This document shows, one piece after another, positions 39,065 to 49,137 of a stretch of DNA of 64,000 bases. The stretch's first letter is position 1. Each line of letters starts with the position of its first letter. The DNA comes from Candidatus Babeliales bacterium (GTDB lineage Bacteria; Babelota; Babeliae; Babelales; JANWKD01). The DNA lies in NCBI GenBank assembly GCA_963722255.1, contig CAVRJO010000001.1, positions 512,001 through 576,000 on the forward strand. Reading direction: 5' to 3'. The position numbers and the translations under genes were made by a program. A model generated the notes under the pieces. That model searched no databases. It was not told the origin of the DNA and saw nothing but the letters and a program-made list of their open reading frames with translations.

Positions 39065-39820
39065 ATGGCAACACAAGCAGTTAAAACTCGTTTTAATAAA
39101 AACTATTTTGAACATACTGCATGGAACTCTAATGAACTGATTTGCGGCATTGATGAAGTAGGCAGAGGATGCTTAGCAGGCCCAATTGTTGTTGCTTGCG
39201 TGGTACTCTTTGCCAACAAAATAAGTCGCCATCTTAAAGATTCAAAAGCAATGACTCATGAAGAGCGAGAAAAAGCAGCACTCTGGATCATGAAAAATAG
39301 CTGGTATTCGGTCGGAATTGCACATCATCGCATTGTTGATATACACAATGTATATCAAGCAACGCTCAAAGCAATGAAAAGATCTTATTTACAACTTATG
39401 ACCCAAATTCCAAAAAAGCCAAAAACGATTGTTATCGATGCAATGCCACTCAATTTGGCAAACACAGCCTTTCATGAGACCGATGTATACTATTTTCCTT
39501 ATGGTGAAAGCAAATCGAGCTCAATTGCGGCAGCGTCTATACTTGCTAAAGTTAGCAGAGATTATCTTATGGCAGATCAATTTGAAGCTCTATTTCCCGG
39601 ATACAGCTTTGCAAACCACAAAGGTTACGCTACTCCCTTGCATAAAAATGCAGTACGCACAATAGGCCATTCAATTATTCATAGATTAACTTATTTATCA
39701 CAAGTATATGATCTACAAGCTGACCTGCAAAACCAACAAACGATCGAAGATTATTTGAACAATTGCACCGATATTTCAGATATCGAAGATCATGATGCTG
39801 AAATTTCCTTTATACTATAG
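39065..39820 (+). CDS. rnhB: Ribonuclease HII
   Basis: GIDEVGRGCLAGP, DSK, SIAAASILAKV, HKGY. Likely start MATQAV. Confidence 0.96.
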   Translation: MATQAVKTRFNKNYFEHTAWNSNELICGIDEVGRGCLAGPIVVACVVLFANKISRHLKDSKAMTHEEREKAALWIMKNSWYSVGIAHHRIVDIHNVYQATLKAMKRSYLQLMTQIPKKPKTIVIDAMPLNLANTAFHETDVYYFPYGESKSSSIAAASILAKVSRDYLMADQFEALFPGYSFANHKGYATPLHKNAVRTIGHSIIHRLTYLSQVYDLQADLQNQQTIEDYLNNCTDISDIEDHDAEISFIL

Positions 39821-39835
39821 AAAGTAGGTATAACA

Positions 39836-40438
39836 ATGCATACAATAAAACCATTTGCAGAAGTTATTGAAAGTTCACTTATAGGTTGGCTTGCCCAAAG
39901 TTGGCAATGGGATAGATTTCCAGCATTTGGATCCTTAGTGGTAATTGAAAATAAAAAACGCTGTCTTTTTGGCATCGTTCATCAAATTAAAACAGGCTCT
40001 ATGGATCCGGTTCGCTATCCTTTTGCTTATCAAAAAACAGAAGAAGAACTTGCTCAAGAACAGCCACAAATATTTGAATTTTTAAAAACAACCTTTTCGT
40101 GTCTTACCCTTGGTTACAAAGAAAAAGACAAAATATTATATCAATTAGCTCCTGAACCTCCGAAAATTCACTCGTTTGTTTATGCTGCATCTCCTGAACT
40201 TATTCAAGAATTTTTTTCTAATGAACAGTATTTACATATACTTTTTGGCCTAGCAAACCAACTTTTTAATCTTGAGGAACTCTTGCTGGCTTTATTAAAA
40301 AATTTGAATGATCATAAAATCATGCACCCCAAAACGGTTCAATCATTCGTTCAAACCTTCTCATTGCTCATAGGTAATGATTATCGAAGAGTTAAATTAT
40401 TTCTCCAACGTGCGCAACCACTTTTGACAATTCAATAG
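39836..40438 (+). CDS. Stand-alone HAS-barrel-like protein
   Basis: AEVIESS..PAFGSLV..EQPQIFEFLKT..PPKIHSFV resembles, from recall, cyanobacterial HAS-barrel proteins. Confidence 0.6.
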   Translation: MHTIKPFAEVIESSLIGWLAQSWQWDRFPAFGSLVVIENKKRCLFGIVHQIKTGSMDPVRYPFAYQKTEEELAQEQPQIFEFLKTTFSCLTLGYKEKDKILYQLAPEPPKIHSFVYAASPELIQEFFSNEQYLHILFGLANQLFNLEELLLALLKNLNDHKIMHPKTVQSFVQTFSLLIGNDYRRVKLFLQRAQPLLTIQ

Positions 40439-40500
40439 ACAAAATTAAAATAGTATTAGTTATCTATTTATTTTTTACAGTTTTATTCAAAGGAATTTTT

Positions 40501-41070
40501 ATGAAAAAACAACTCTTATTATCGGTCATCGCTATCGCTACTTTTGCAGGAATGGCCAAGGGAATGCAAGAACCATTACTAGTAGGAAAAACATTCAATT
40601 CTTCTTTTTACGTAGACTGCCATGATCTTTCACAAGATAGAAGGGAAGAATTATGTAAACAATTAGATAAATTACTTAATCTTGAAAGACCAAAGCGAGA
40701 TAAATCACTCTATTCTGTTTATGATATTCTTATTGGTGTTCTAGGAGTAGAAAATCTTAATCCAAAACAAATTGGAGATAATACTAATCATACTACTTTG
40801 ACAATTATGCTAAAGGGTACTTACGTTGATGAGGAAGGAAATCTTGATTTCTATGATGCTGCACATATACTACATGAACATAGCAGCATCCTAAAACCTC
40901 TTATATCAGGTGAGCCACAAAAGCCTAATTTCAAAACCCCTGCACCTATAGGGAATCAAACCTCAGGCCCAAGTCTTTCATGGTTGCTCCCAACTATTAC
41001 CTATGGCGGATTGTTCTTTGGGGGCATGGCAGTTTTAAAAGCATACCAATGGTATAAAGGTACTAAATAG
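40501..41070 (+). CDS. Exported protein with C-terminal TM anchor
   Basis: AKG|MQEP. C-terminal YGGLFFGGMAVL..KGTK. Confidence 0.7.
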   Translation: MKKQLLLSVIAIATFAGMAKGMQEPLLVGKTFNSSFYVDCHDLSQDRREELCKQLDKLLNLERPKRDKSLYSVYDILIGVLGVENLNPKQIGDNTNHTTLTIMLKGTYVDEEGNLDFYDAAHILHEHSSILKPLISGEPQKPNFKTPAPIGNQTSGPSLSWLLPTITYGGLFFGGMAVLKAYQWYKGTK

Positions 41071-41257
41071 TTTTCTTACGGGTATTTTAAGGTAAATAAG
41101 AGCTTTTCATTACAAAAAGGCTCTTATCTACCGTAAAACACCTATCGTTGATCTTTTTTATCATTAGCAATTAAATTCAAATTGACATAATTATAAATAC
41201 CCCTATACTAATATATATATACAAATTAAAGTGAATTAATACTATTGTGAGGTTTTT

Positions 41258-42037
41258 ATGAAGAAAAACAGCTATTCTATACTTTTTCTATTATTATTGG
41301 GTGTATCTTATGCCCAAGCAATGAATATAATGAATTTAGGGAATGAAATTAAGGCTAATAAAATGGCCCATGGCGATATAAGAAGACCACAGTCTTCAAA
41401 TTTTTCGTCAACCCTCTGTAAAGAAATTTTTGGGGAAATAACAGAAAAATTCGATGAACTTAGAAATAACAGCGAATTATCCAGCCAATTCACATTTTTT
41501 TATTTATATCTGTTACAATCTATTAAAGTTACACAGCAAAGCCCCGAAAACACTCGTATTGGTGTTAACCTTGATAAGGTAGTTGCTACAATTTTTACTT
41601 TTAGAGAATTGCTGAACCGTTATTTTGATGATCCCAATATATATACAATTGATGATGAAAATTTCGAACAAAATCCTTACGTAGAAAAATTAACTAACTC
41701 TGAGTGGTACCTACCATGTCCAAGCGACTATGAAGATTTCTTCATCAGGCTGGTTACAAATGTTCGTATCAATAAAGAAAACATCAGTGTCAACTTAAGT
41801 GACTTAAAAAAATTTATAAACTATTTTGAAAACAGAATAAAAGAAATAACAGATTACAAAGAAACATCACGCGAAGAAGAAGATTATGACCAGGATGAAG
41901 TAGATACAACACTGAAGCCTCAGCCAAAACGCGCTATAAAAATTCCCTTTTACAAAAGACCCGTATTTGTAACATCATGTGTTTTTGGTGGACTTGCTAT
42001 AGGCGCCGGCTTACTGTATTACTTTCTAAAAAAATAA
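41258..42037 (+). CDS. Exported protein with C-terminal TM anchor
   Basis: AQA|MNIM. C-terminal VFGGLAIGAGLLYYFLKK. Confidence 0.7.
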   Translation: MKKNSYSILFLLLLGVSYAQAMNIMNLGNEIKANKMAHGDIRRPQSSNFSSTLCKEIFGEITEKFDELRNNSELSSQFTFFYLYLLQSIKVTQQSPENTRIGVNLDKVVATIFTFRELLNRYFDDPNIYTIDDENFEQNPYVEKLTNSEWYLPCPSDYEDFFIRLVTNVRINKENISVNLSDLKKFINYFENRIKEITDYKETSREEEDYDQDEVDTTLKPQPKRAIKIPFYKRPVFVTSCVFGGLAIGAGLLYYFLKK

Positions 42038-42061
42038 CGTTATCATACAAATAACCTACAT

Positions 42062-42094
42062 AAAAGAGCTTTGTCTTTCGGCAAAGCTCTTTTT
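42062..42094 (+). terminator. Intrinsic terminator
   Basis: AAAAGAGCTTTG..CAAAGCTCTTTT. Confidence 0.8.
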
Positions 42095-42166
42095 ATTTAA
42101 ACCATATTCTTTACCTCTCTTATCAAAAAAAAGTATAGTAGTAATAAGCTTTAGGGGAAAAAGGAT

Positions 42167-42766
42167 ATGAAAATAGAGACGCTCTCGACATCTCTTATAC
42201 TCGTAATAATTTGTTCAATTCAATGTTCAGTGCTTAATGGAATGGAGAAGCAAAATCGTCACAGGTCTTTAGAACTTCTTGAACGTCCTCGTATGCTTCA
42301 TGACGTTATCAAAGAACGGTATTACTTGGGAAAAAACATCAATGCAACAGTACAGATTGTTTTTTCTGATACTATTAAAAACAAGGGCGGCCTTGCAGAG
42401 GTCTGGCAAACAGTCTTAGATTTGACACCCGTTACAACAGCATTATATAAACTTGAGAATAATATAATAGTCCAAGTTAACGTAACAGAGGCATCAAAAA
42501 AATTAAAAAAACATTTTAAACCACAAATAACAGCCAAAACTCTTCGGCATATTCAAAGTGGAAAAACAACAGGCCCTCCAATTCAACCTGCACAACTCCC
42601 TCCTCAAAAAAATCCTAGCTTACTGTATTCAACAGCTTGCGGATTAGCGCTTTTTAGTGCCGGATGGCTGGGTAAAACATGGTGGGATGCTGGTGGCAAA
42701 GATAACACTATCGCCTTAGGGACCTATATTTTAAAGTATCTTTTGGCTGAATTTAATCAATATTAG
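42167..42766 (+). CDS. Exported protein with near-C-terminal TM
   Basis: LNG|MEKQ, Pro-rich linker, LLYSTACGLALFSAGWLG. Confidence 0.7.
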   Translation: MKIETLSTSLILVIICSIQCSVLNGMEKQNRHRSLELLERPRMLHDVIKERYYLGKNINATVQIVFSDTIKNKGGLAEVWQTVLDLTPVTTALYKLENNIIVQVNVTEASKKLKKHFKPQITAKTLRHIQSGKTTGPPIQPAQLPPQKNPSLLYSTACGLALFSAGWLGKTWWDAGGKDNTIALGTYILKYLLAEFNQY

Positions 42767-42851
42767 TATCACCGTAATGCTATTTTTACAAATTGTAGAA
42801 ATTGTGCAATAATTACTACTATAATAGTGCCCTTCTTTACCAGGTACCGGA

Positions 42852-43751
42852 ATGTTTAATTTTTTAAAAACCACTTTTTCTTCGCTATTTACCCAAGTAA
42901 GCAATAAAATGCATGCACTCTTTAGTCGCTCAACAATTGATGAGCAAGCACTAAAAGAGCTTGAAATGATTCTTATAACAGCAGATACGGGGGTATCAAC
43001 AACTCGTCGGATACTCACCAACTTACGTGCCTCATTGCATAATGGAACAATTAAGCAAGGACAAGATCTTCACAAAGCATTAGAAGAAGAGCTCCTTTCA
43101 TTACTAACACCGCAAAAATTTATTCCTGAGGAACAGCCTATCTATCTCTTTGTTGGCATCAATGGAAGTGGAAAAACAACAACTATTGGCAAATTAGCGC
43201 ATCTTCTTGGGCAACAGAATAAAAAAGTGTTACTTGTTGCCGGAGATACCTTTCGAGCAGCAGCAACACAACAACTTCAAATGTGGGCCGAACGAACAAA
43301 AAGTGCACTCGTTGTCGGAAGCGAAGGACAGGATCCTGCCTCAGTTGTTTTTAAAGCTTGCCAAGAATTTAAAGATAAAGGGTATGATGCTCTTCTTATT
43401 GATACAGCAGGTCGCTTACAAACAAAAACAAACCTCATGAAAGAAGTTGAAAAAATAGAACGAATCATCCACCGGCAACTTCCTAATAAACCTATTTACA
43501 CACTTTTAACCATCGATGCTATGCTTGGACAAAATTCATTTGAACAGGCAAAAATTTTCAATGAAAGTACCACAATTAATGGCATAGTTTTAACAAAAAT
43601 TGATGGTACGGCTAAAGGTGGAATTGTATTCGCTATAAACCAAGAGTTACACATACCAATAACGTTCATGAGCTTTGGTGAACATCTTGATAATCTCAAA
43701 CTTTTCAATCCAGAGGAATTTGTAAAACAACTTTTACAAGGCAACGCTTAA
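42852..43751 (+). CDS. ftsY: SRP receptor FtsY
   Basis: GINGSGKTTT, DTFRAAA, DTAGR, TKIDGTAKGG. Confidence 0.97.
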   Translation: MFNFLKTTFSSLFTQVSNKMHALFSRSTIDEQALKELEMILITADTGVSTTRRILTNLRASLHNGTIKQGQDLHKALEEELLSLLTPQKFIPEEQPIYLFVGINGSGKTTTIGKLAHLLGQQNKKVLLVAGDTFRAAATQQLQMWAERTKSALVVGSEGQDPASVVFKACQEFKDKGYDALLIDTAGRLQTKTNLMKEVEKIERIIHRQLPNKPIYTLLTIDAMLGQNSFEQAKIFNESTTINGIVLTKIDGTAKGGIVFAINQELHIPITFMSFGEHLDNLKLFNPEEFVKQLLQGNA

Positions 43752-43850
43752 CAATCGTCCGTTCAATATCTCATCTTCATCATTCATATATCTTGACTTT
43801 AATACCATATTTTTTTTAAATTTTTGCAATAAGAACACAAAGGAGATCAA

Positions 43851-44468
43851 ATGAAAAAGTCCGCTATTGCAGTATGTATAGGTCTATACTCATCTATGTG
43901 TGGCCAAGAAACAAAATTTTTAGGACGTATTGTACAACGGGCTAAGGTTCCAAAAATAGCAATAAATAATGAAATTATTCAAAAAAATTTTCTTATACGT
44001 TTTCAAAATGAGCTTTCTAATTTTCTTATGGATTACAGACCTGTTTATAGACTTCTAGAAAACCTTAACTCAGCGCTTATTACGTATAGCAATCAGCCTC
44101 TTGCATACCAACAAAATTATCGTAATGTTGCTCATTTTGATGCTCTTATTAACCAAATAAAGCAAAAAAATCTCACGGTAGCAATTACAAAATTGTTACA
44201 ATATAAAACATCGATTAAAAATCAAGTAGCAGAGCAAGCAGATCTTCTTATTGAGAATTTAAAAAAAGTAGTACAAGACATTCAAACAACGCTTGCAAAG
44301 CTTTCAACAAATAATAATTTATTTATTGAATTCGTCGATAATCCACCAGCCAAAATAGCACATGTTTTCATAGCTGATTATTTTAAAAATTATGTCTCAA
44401 AACAGTTTTTTTTTAGAATAAAAAAAATAAAAAGAGCAATCATTAATTGGGAAAATAAACAGATTTAA
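43851..44468 (+). CDS. Hypothetical helical protein, probable signal peptide
   Basis: AGGAG RBS, MKKSAIAVCIG leader. Confidence 0.6.
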   Translation: MKKSAIAVCIGLYSSMCGQETKFLGRIVQRAKVPKIAINNEIIQKNFLIRFQNELSNFLMDYRPVYRLLENLNSALITYSNQPLAYQQNYRNVAHFDALINQIKQKNLTVAITKLLQYKTSIKNQVAEQADLLIENLKKVVQDIQTTLAKLSTNNNLFIEFVDNPPAKIAHVFIADYFKNYVSKQFFFRIKKIKRAIINWENKQI

Positions 44469-45178
44469 TGGTTCCCAACGAACTCATTAATCAATGGATA
44501 TTTATTCCTGTGAGCACGGAAATCTTCAGATTTTGCCGATTCCACAATTTTGCCTGCTTTCATTAAGTAGATAGTGCACTGTAATTGTGAAATTAAAGCA
44601 GTATCATGAGAAGCCACCAAAACAGTTAGCCCTTCTTGAGCAAGTTGTTGAATATTTTTTGCTACAAAATTAGTAAGGAAAGGATCAAGTGCAGAAGTGG
44701 GCTCATCAGCGCATAACACTTTTGGATTAAGAGCAAGAGCTCGTGCTATTGCAAGGCGCTGTTTTTGACCACCTGATAGTTGCATAATAGAATCATCGGC
44801 CTTGTTTTCAAGACCATATTGTTTTAGAAGTTCTTGTGCTCTTGCATCTGCTACCATTTTTGATTTATTCAAAACCTTTTCTAACGGTAAGGTAATATTT
44901 TGTTTAACAGAAAGATGATCAAATAAGTTCCATTGTTGGAAAATCATGCCTATTGCAAGATTGCTTTTTGTAGCAGTAAGATCAAGAGGAACCCCATCTA
45001 CATAAGCAGTTCCTGAATCTGCCTTTTCCAAACCGTTTAATATACGCAATAAGGTAGATTTACCGACACCGGACTGACCAAGAAGAAGTGCAATTTCTCC
45101 TTTATCAACGCGTAATGAAACGGCATCAAGCACAACAGTGTTTTTATATTTTTTACTTAGATTTTCAATGATGAGCAT
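44465..45178 (-). CDS. Polar amino-acid ABC transporter ATP-binding protein
   Basis: GQSGVGKST, LSGGQKQR, DEPTSALDP. Confidence 0.93.
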   Translation of the reverse strand: MLIIENLSKKYKNTVVLDAVSLRVDKGEIALLLGQSGVGKSTLLRILNGLEKADSGTAYVDGVPLDLTATKSNLAIGMIFQQWNLFDHLSVKQNITLPLEKVLNKSKMVADARAQELLKQYGLENKADDSIMQLSGGQKQRLAIARALALNPKVLCADEPTSALDPFLTNFVAKNIQQLAQEGLTVLVASHDTALISQLQCTIYLMKAGKIVESAKSEDFRAHRNKYPLINEFVGNH

Positions 45179-45818
45179 GTTTATTCATCTTTCTTTCAAT
45201 CATTGTTGCAAACAATGAAAGCGCTGTAGTAAGTGTTAAATATATCATTGCAATCGCGCAATAGATGGGAATAACAGCGTATGTTCGACTTATAATAATC
45301 GTTCCTTCTTTAAAAAGCTCAACTACACCAATTGTTGAGGCTAAACTTGAATCCTTAATTAACGTAATAAACTCATTTAAAAGTGCTGGAACAACCGTTC
45401 GTATCGCTTGCGGAAAAAGTATAAATCGCATAGTTTGCCATGATGAAAAACCCAAAACATGCGCTGCTTCTATCTGCCCTCTACCAATTGATGCTATGCC
45501 AGAGCGAACTATTTGACTAATATATGCCATGCTATTAAGGCCAATTGCAATAACAGCAGTTGCAAAAAGTGATAACTCAATTCCAAGCTCAGGCAGTAGA
45601 TAATAGAAAAAAGGAATCTGAATAAGCATTGGTGTTCCACGAAAAATAGTCACGTAGATCGTCACTAGAGAACGTAACAGTGAATTGGATCTGCTCTGAA
45701 CAAACCCTAATAATGTTCCCCCTAAAAATCCAATAATACTAGAAAAGAAGGCAATTTTTAGCGTGACCAATGTACCTCGTAACAAATAAGGCATTGCTTC
45801 CTGTATAATGCCAATCAT
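45165..45818 (-). CDS. Polar amino-acid ABC transporter permease
   Basis: FRGTPMLIQ, GQIEAA, LIKDSSL. ATGA overlap with the upstream gene. Confidence 0.93.
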   Translation of the reverse strand: MIGIIQEAMPYLLRGTLVTLKIAFFSSIIGFLGGTLLGFVQSRSNSLLRSLVTIYVTIFRGTPMLIQIPFFYYLLPELGIELSLFATAVIAIGLNSMAYISQIVRSGIASIGRGQIEAAHVLGFSSWQTMRFILFPQAIRTVVPALLNEFITLIKDSSLASTIGVVELFKEGTIIISRTYAVIPIYCAIAMIYLTLTTALSLFATMIERKMNKHAHH

Positions 45819-46582
45819 GAAATATCCCATTTCTTTTTTAATGCATCAATAAAGCCTTCTTGCTGCAATTGCATAAGAGCCTGTTCTATCTGTTCTTTAA
45901 GAGCCGGGTATTTTTTGCTAACACCAAAAGCTGTTTTTTCATTGGTATTTGGAATAGTGTACAAAGAAAATTCTTGTTGAGCATATTGTTTAAAAAAAGG
46001 CTTAACATTATTTTCAGCTACTACAAAAGCATCTGCTCTGCCACTACGCAAAGAAAGAAACGCATCAGCTACCGTTGGTAATCTTTTTAAATCAACGCCT
46101 TCTTTGTCAGCCATAAAACGTTCTGCAGTGAAACCTTCATTAACAATCACCGTTTTACCTTGCAAATCATCAAGCGATGTAACCGGTTGCTTTGTTGCTA
46201 AACTTACCACAACAAGAGGATCCGATACTAAATATGGTTGTGTAAATAAAATTTCTTTCTCACGCTCCGGAGTAGGTGTAATCCCTGATGCAATTACATG
46301 CAAAGAGCCACGTTGTGCTTGAGGAATTAATGTTAAGAATGGCATATCTTTCAGAATGATCTTTTTCCCAATACGTTCGGCAATAGCAGTAATTAAATCA
46401 ATATCAAATCCTACAACCTTATCGTCTTTGATAAATTCAAACGGAGGAAATTCAGCGGCAGTGCCCACTACCAGAAGAGATTCATCAATAGGTTGAACTG
46501 TTCTTTTTGAAAACCAATACCATCCTAAAACTAACACACTACCTACAAATAGAAAACTACAAATCTTTTGAAAAAAATTCAT
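45815..46582 (-). CDS. Amino-acid ABC transporter substrate-binding protein
   Basis: GTAAEFPPFEF, GFDIDL, TPERE..FTQPY. Confidence 0.92.
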   Translation of the reverse strand: MNFFQKICSFLFVGSVLVLGWYWFSKRTVQPIDESLLVVGTAAEFPPFEFIKDDKVVGFDIDLITAIAERIGKKIILKDMPFLTLIPQAQRGSLHVIASGITPTPEREKEILFTQPYLVSDPLVVVSLATKQPVTSLDDLQGKTVIVNEGFTAERFMADKEGVDLKRLPTVADAFLSLRSGRADAFVVAENNVKPFFKQYAQQEFSLYTIPNTNEKTAFGVSKKYPALKEQIEQALMQLQQEGFIDALKKKWDIS

Positions 46583-46768
46583 TGTGCAAATCCTGCAATT
46601 GGAGAAAAATAGTCATTATTTTGTTAACTACATAGCCATAAGTATAGAGAATTCAATAGTTTAGTGTCAAGTTGATTATTTTTCAAATTGAAAAAAACGA
46701 ATCTAAAGATTTTACAAACAACAAAAGTTATTTTAGAATCTCTAAAAAATTGATACAGGAGTTATTTA

Positions 46769-48265
46769 ATGAATGCACTATCCCACTATCTATATCGTGA
46801 TTACACTTGGCAAAAACTCGCTATACTCTTTCTTGCAGCATTACTCATTCGTTTTGCTACATTTGAACTTTATATTCAATATGAAGAGCGGTATAGACAA
46901 GCTGATTCATATGATTACCATATATGCGGCACTTGTATAAAAACAGGAAGCGGCATGACACGATTTGATACGAATGAACCAATTTTTTGGCGCACACCGG
47001 GATATCCTCTTTTTTTAAGTTTTTTTTATACGTTATATGATATTACTACAGTCGATTTCAGTAAAATCAAAGAACCATTGAAAGCTGCTCTTCTTGTACA
47101 AATTTTTTTATGTTCGTTCATTCCGCTCATTATTTTCTTCTTAGCTCGATTGCTTACCGGAACTCTGCCTATTGCTTGGATTGCAGCTTGGATAAGTGCA
47201 TTTCATCTAGGTTTTGTATTAGCAAGTTGTTATATCTTATCCGATGCATTAGCGCTCATTTTTTTTCTCGGATTTCTTTATTATTTTTATCAAAGTTTTA
47301 CTTTTTGGTTTGAACCTCCAAATAAGCATCTCACCATGAAATCTATGATTCTTTCAGCCTGCATTGCTGCTTTACTTCTTGGTCTTTACACCTGGATACG
47401 ACCCAATGGACAATTTCTCATTGTCGTTGTCCTTCTACTCCTTTTTTTAGGACAGTGTTCTTGGAGAATTAAAATTTCAAAGATTGCTCTTTTTAGTCTA
47501 ATTTTTTTTGCAACGTTAAGCGGTTGGTATATTCGAAACCATTCAATCACGGGCCATTGGTTTTTTTGTCCCATGTCCGGTCCTTATTTACAGACCTTCT
47601 GCGCTCCAAAAATTATTAGAAGAATTTCCGGACAGCCATTGGGACAGTGTATTAAATACCTTTTTTCATTTATAAAACCTGAAATGCAAAAAGAAGCTTT
47701 AAGACTTTCTCAAGCAACACCCCATTATCAAGTTTGTAAAGAGCTCATTTGTGCAAAAATTGCACAACCATGGATTAGCAAATATCCTTGGTATTTCTTT
47801 TGCGATTGGACAAAAGAAGTGTTAAAAACAACCTTTGATCTTTATGGCAGCCAGCTCGTTTCATTGGTCAATAAAACTCACACCTTTGATCCCCCTGAAG
47901 AGTTTCTTTCAGAAAAACTAATGCTCTGCTTATTTTCTCAGCCAATGCCATGGTTTATGCGTTTTATCTGTTGGCTAGATGCTTTCTTATATCTTTTACT
48001 TTGGATTGGAATCTTAGCCGGTTGCTGGATCTTTTTACTACAACCGGTATATGCTCGACGATTTAATGAACCTGCATTACAAAAAATGCAATCACTGTGG
48101 ATAAAAGTGGGGATTATAATTGGAGCATTACTAGTAATGACAGGAGGATTTGGTTATGCTCGATTACGAATGCCAGCAGATCCACTTCTTATTATTATTT
48201 CACTCACCTTTTGGTATTATATGTTTACTCATTATACCCTACAACCAACAAAGAGAAGATTATGA
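46769..48265 (+). CDS. Polytopic membrane protein, GT-C/ArnT-like glycosyltransferase
   Basis: ADSYDY, RTPGYPLFL, ILSDAL, IRPN, many TMs, C-terminal ARLRMP. Confidence 0.65.
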   Translation: MNALSHYLYRDYTWQKLAILFLAALLIRFATFELYIQYEERYRQADSYDYHICGTCIKTGSGMTRFDTNEPIFWRTPGYPLFLSFFYTLYDITTVDFSKIKEPLKAALLVQIFLCSFIPLIIFFLARLLTGTLPIAWIAAWISAFHLGFVLASCYILSDALALIFFLGFLYYFYQSFTFWFEPPNKHLTMKSMILSACIAALLLGLYTWIRPNGQFLIVVVLLLLFLGQCSWRIKISKIALFSLIFFATLSGWYIRNHSITGHWFFCPMSGPYLQTFCAPKIIRRISGQPLGQCIKYLFSFIKPEMQKEALRLSQATPHYQVCKELICAKIAQPWISKYPWYFFCDWTKEVLKTTFDLYGSQLVSLVNKTHTFDPPEEFLSEKLMLCLFSQPMPWFMRFICWLDAFLYLLLWIGILAGCWIFLLQPVYARRFNEPALQKMQSLWIKVGIIIGALLVMTGGFGYARLRMPADPLLIIISLTFWYYMFTHYTLQPTKRRL

Positions 48266-48810
48266 AACGTCTTTATGCTCCTTGGCGCAGTGCCTATACT
48301 CGTTCAATAGAAAGAACAAAAGATGATTCAGCCCAATGTCATGAGTGTGTTTTTTGCCAACAACTCTCATCACAAAACGATACATCACATTTTATTCTTG
48401 GAAGATACCAACATACCTGTGCCATCTTAAATCTTTATCCTTATAATGCCGGTCATATTTTATTGGTACCATATAGCCACACTGCAGAACTATTCTTACT
48501 TACCCAAGAAGAGCGCGGTGAACTCATAGAGCTTGCAAGCATCACACAAGAAATTTTAATAAACGCGTTAGAAGCACAAGGTCTTAACGTTGGAATCAAT
48601 CAAGGAAAGGCTGCCGGAGCAGGAATTCCTTCACATTTGCATATGCATGTTTTGCCTCGTTGGATAGGAGATACTAACTTTTTACCACTTCTTGCTGATA
48701 CAAAACAGATTTCAACAAATCTTCATGAACTATATCAACAACTTTTACCATTTTTTAAAGAAATTAATTTCCAAATCAAAAATCAAGAGGAAAAAAATCA
48801 TGAAAAATAA
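48262..48810 (+). CDS. HIT-family hydrolase (Fhit/Ap4A phosphorylase-like)
   Basis: LYAPWR, CVFC, NLYPYNAGH, HLHMHVLPRW. ATGA overlap at 48262. Confidence 0.9.
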   Translation: MKRLYAPWRSAYTRSIERTKDDSAQCHECVFCQQLSSQNDTSHFILGRYQHTCAILNLYPYNAGHILLVPYSHTAELFLLTQEERGELIELASITQEILINALEAQGLNVGINQGKAAGAGIPSHLHMHVLPRWIGDTNFLPLLADTKQISTNLHELYQQLLPFFKEINFQIKNQEEKNHEK

Positions 48811-49015
48811 TAAAAAAAATTCACTAGCCGGGTTACTACTCATTGTAATCGGTTCAGTTATTTGCCTAACTGTTGGATTACCATTCTTATCAAGTATTTT
48901 TGCTTGTCTTGTTGGATTTTTATTAATTAACTTTGGTTTACAATTACGTGGTCAGCCATCTTTGCTACTACTCATACAACGTATACTTTATGAGCTACAA
49001 AATCGATTTTTTTAA
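48800..49015 (+). CDS. Small two-TM membrane protein
   Basis: GAGG RBS, two hydrophobic helices. Confidence 0.55.
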   Translation: MKNNKKNSLAGLLLIVIGSVICLTVGLPFLSSIFACLVGFLLINFGLQLRGQPSLLLLIQRILYELQNRFF

Positions 49016-49137
49016 AATAAAACTCTTGAAGAGAAGACCCGTAGTTTTCTAGATTGAAGCAAGAATTCAGATTCAAAAAAATATAATTTCAAAAAACAAT
49101 AAGCTTATGCTCATCATTACCTAGGAACAGTACCAGT

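Noticed and set aside
48097..48261. N-terminal extension of the Fhit-like ORF
   Set aside because: It overlaps the upstream gene by 165 bp. The ATGA-coupled start at 48262 matches the family start LYAPWR.
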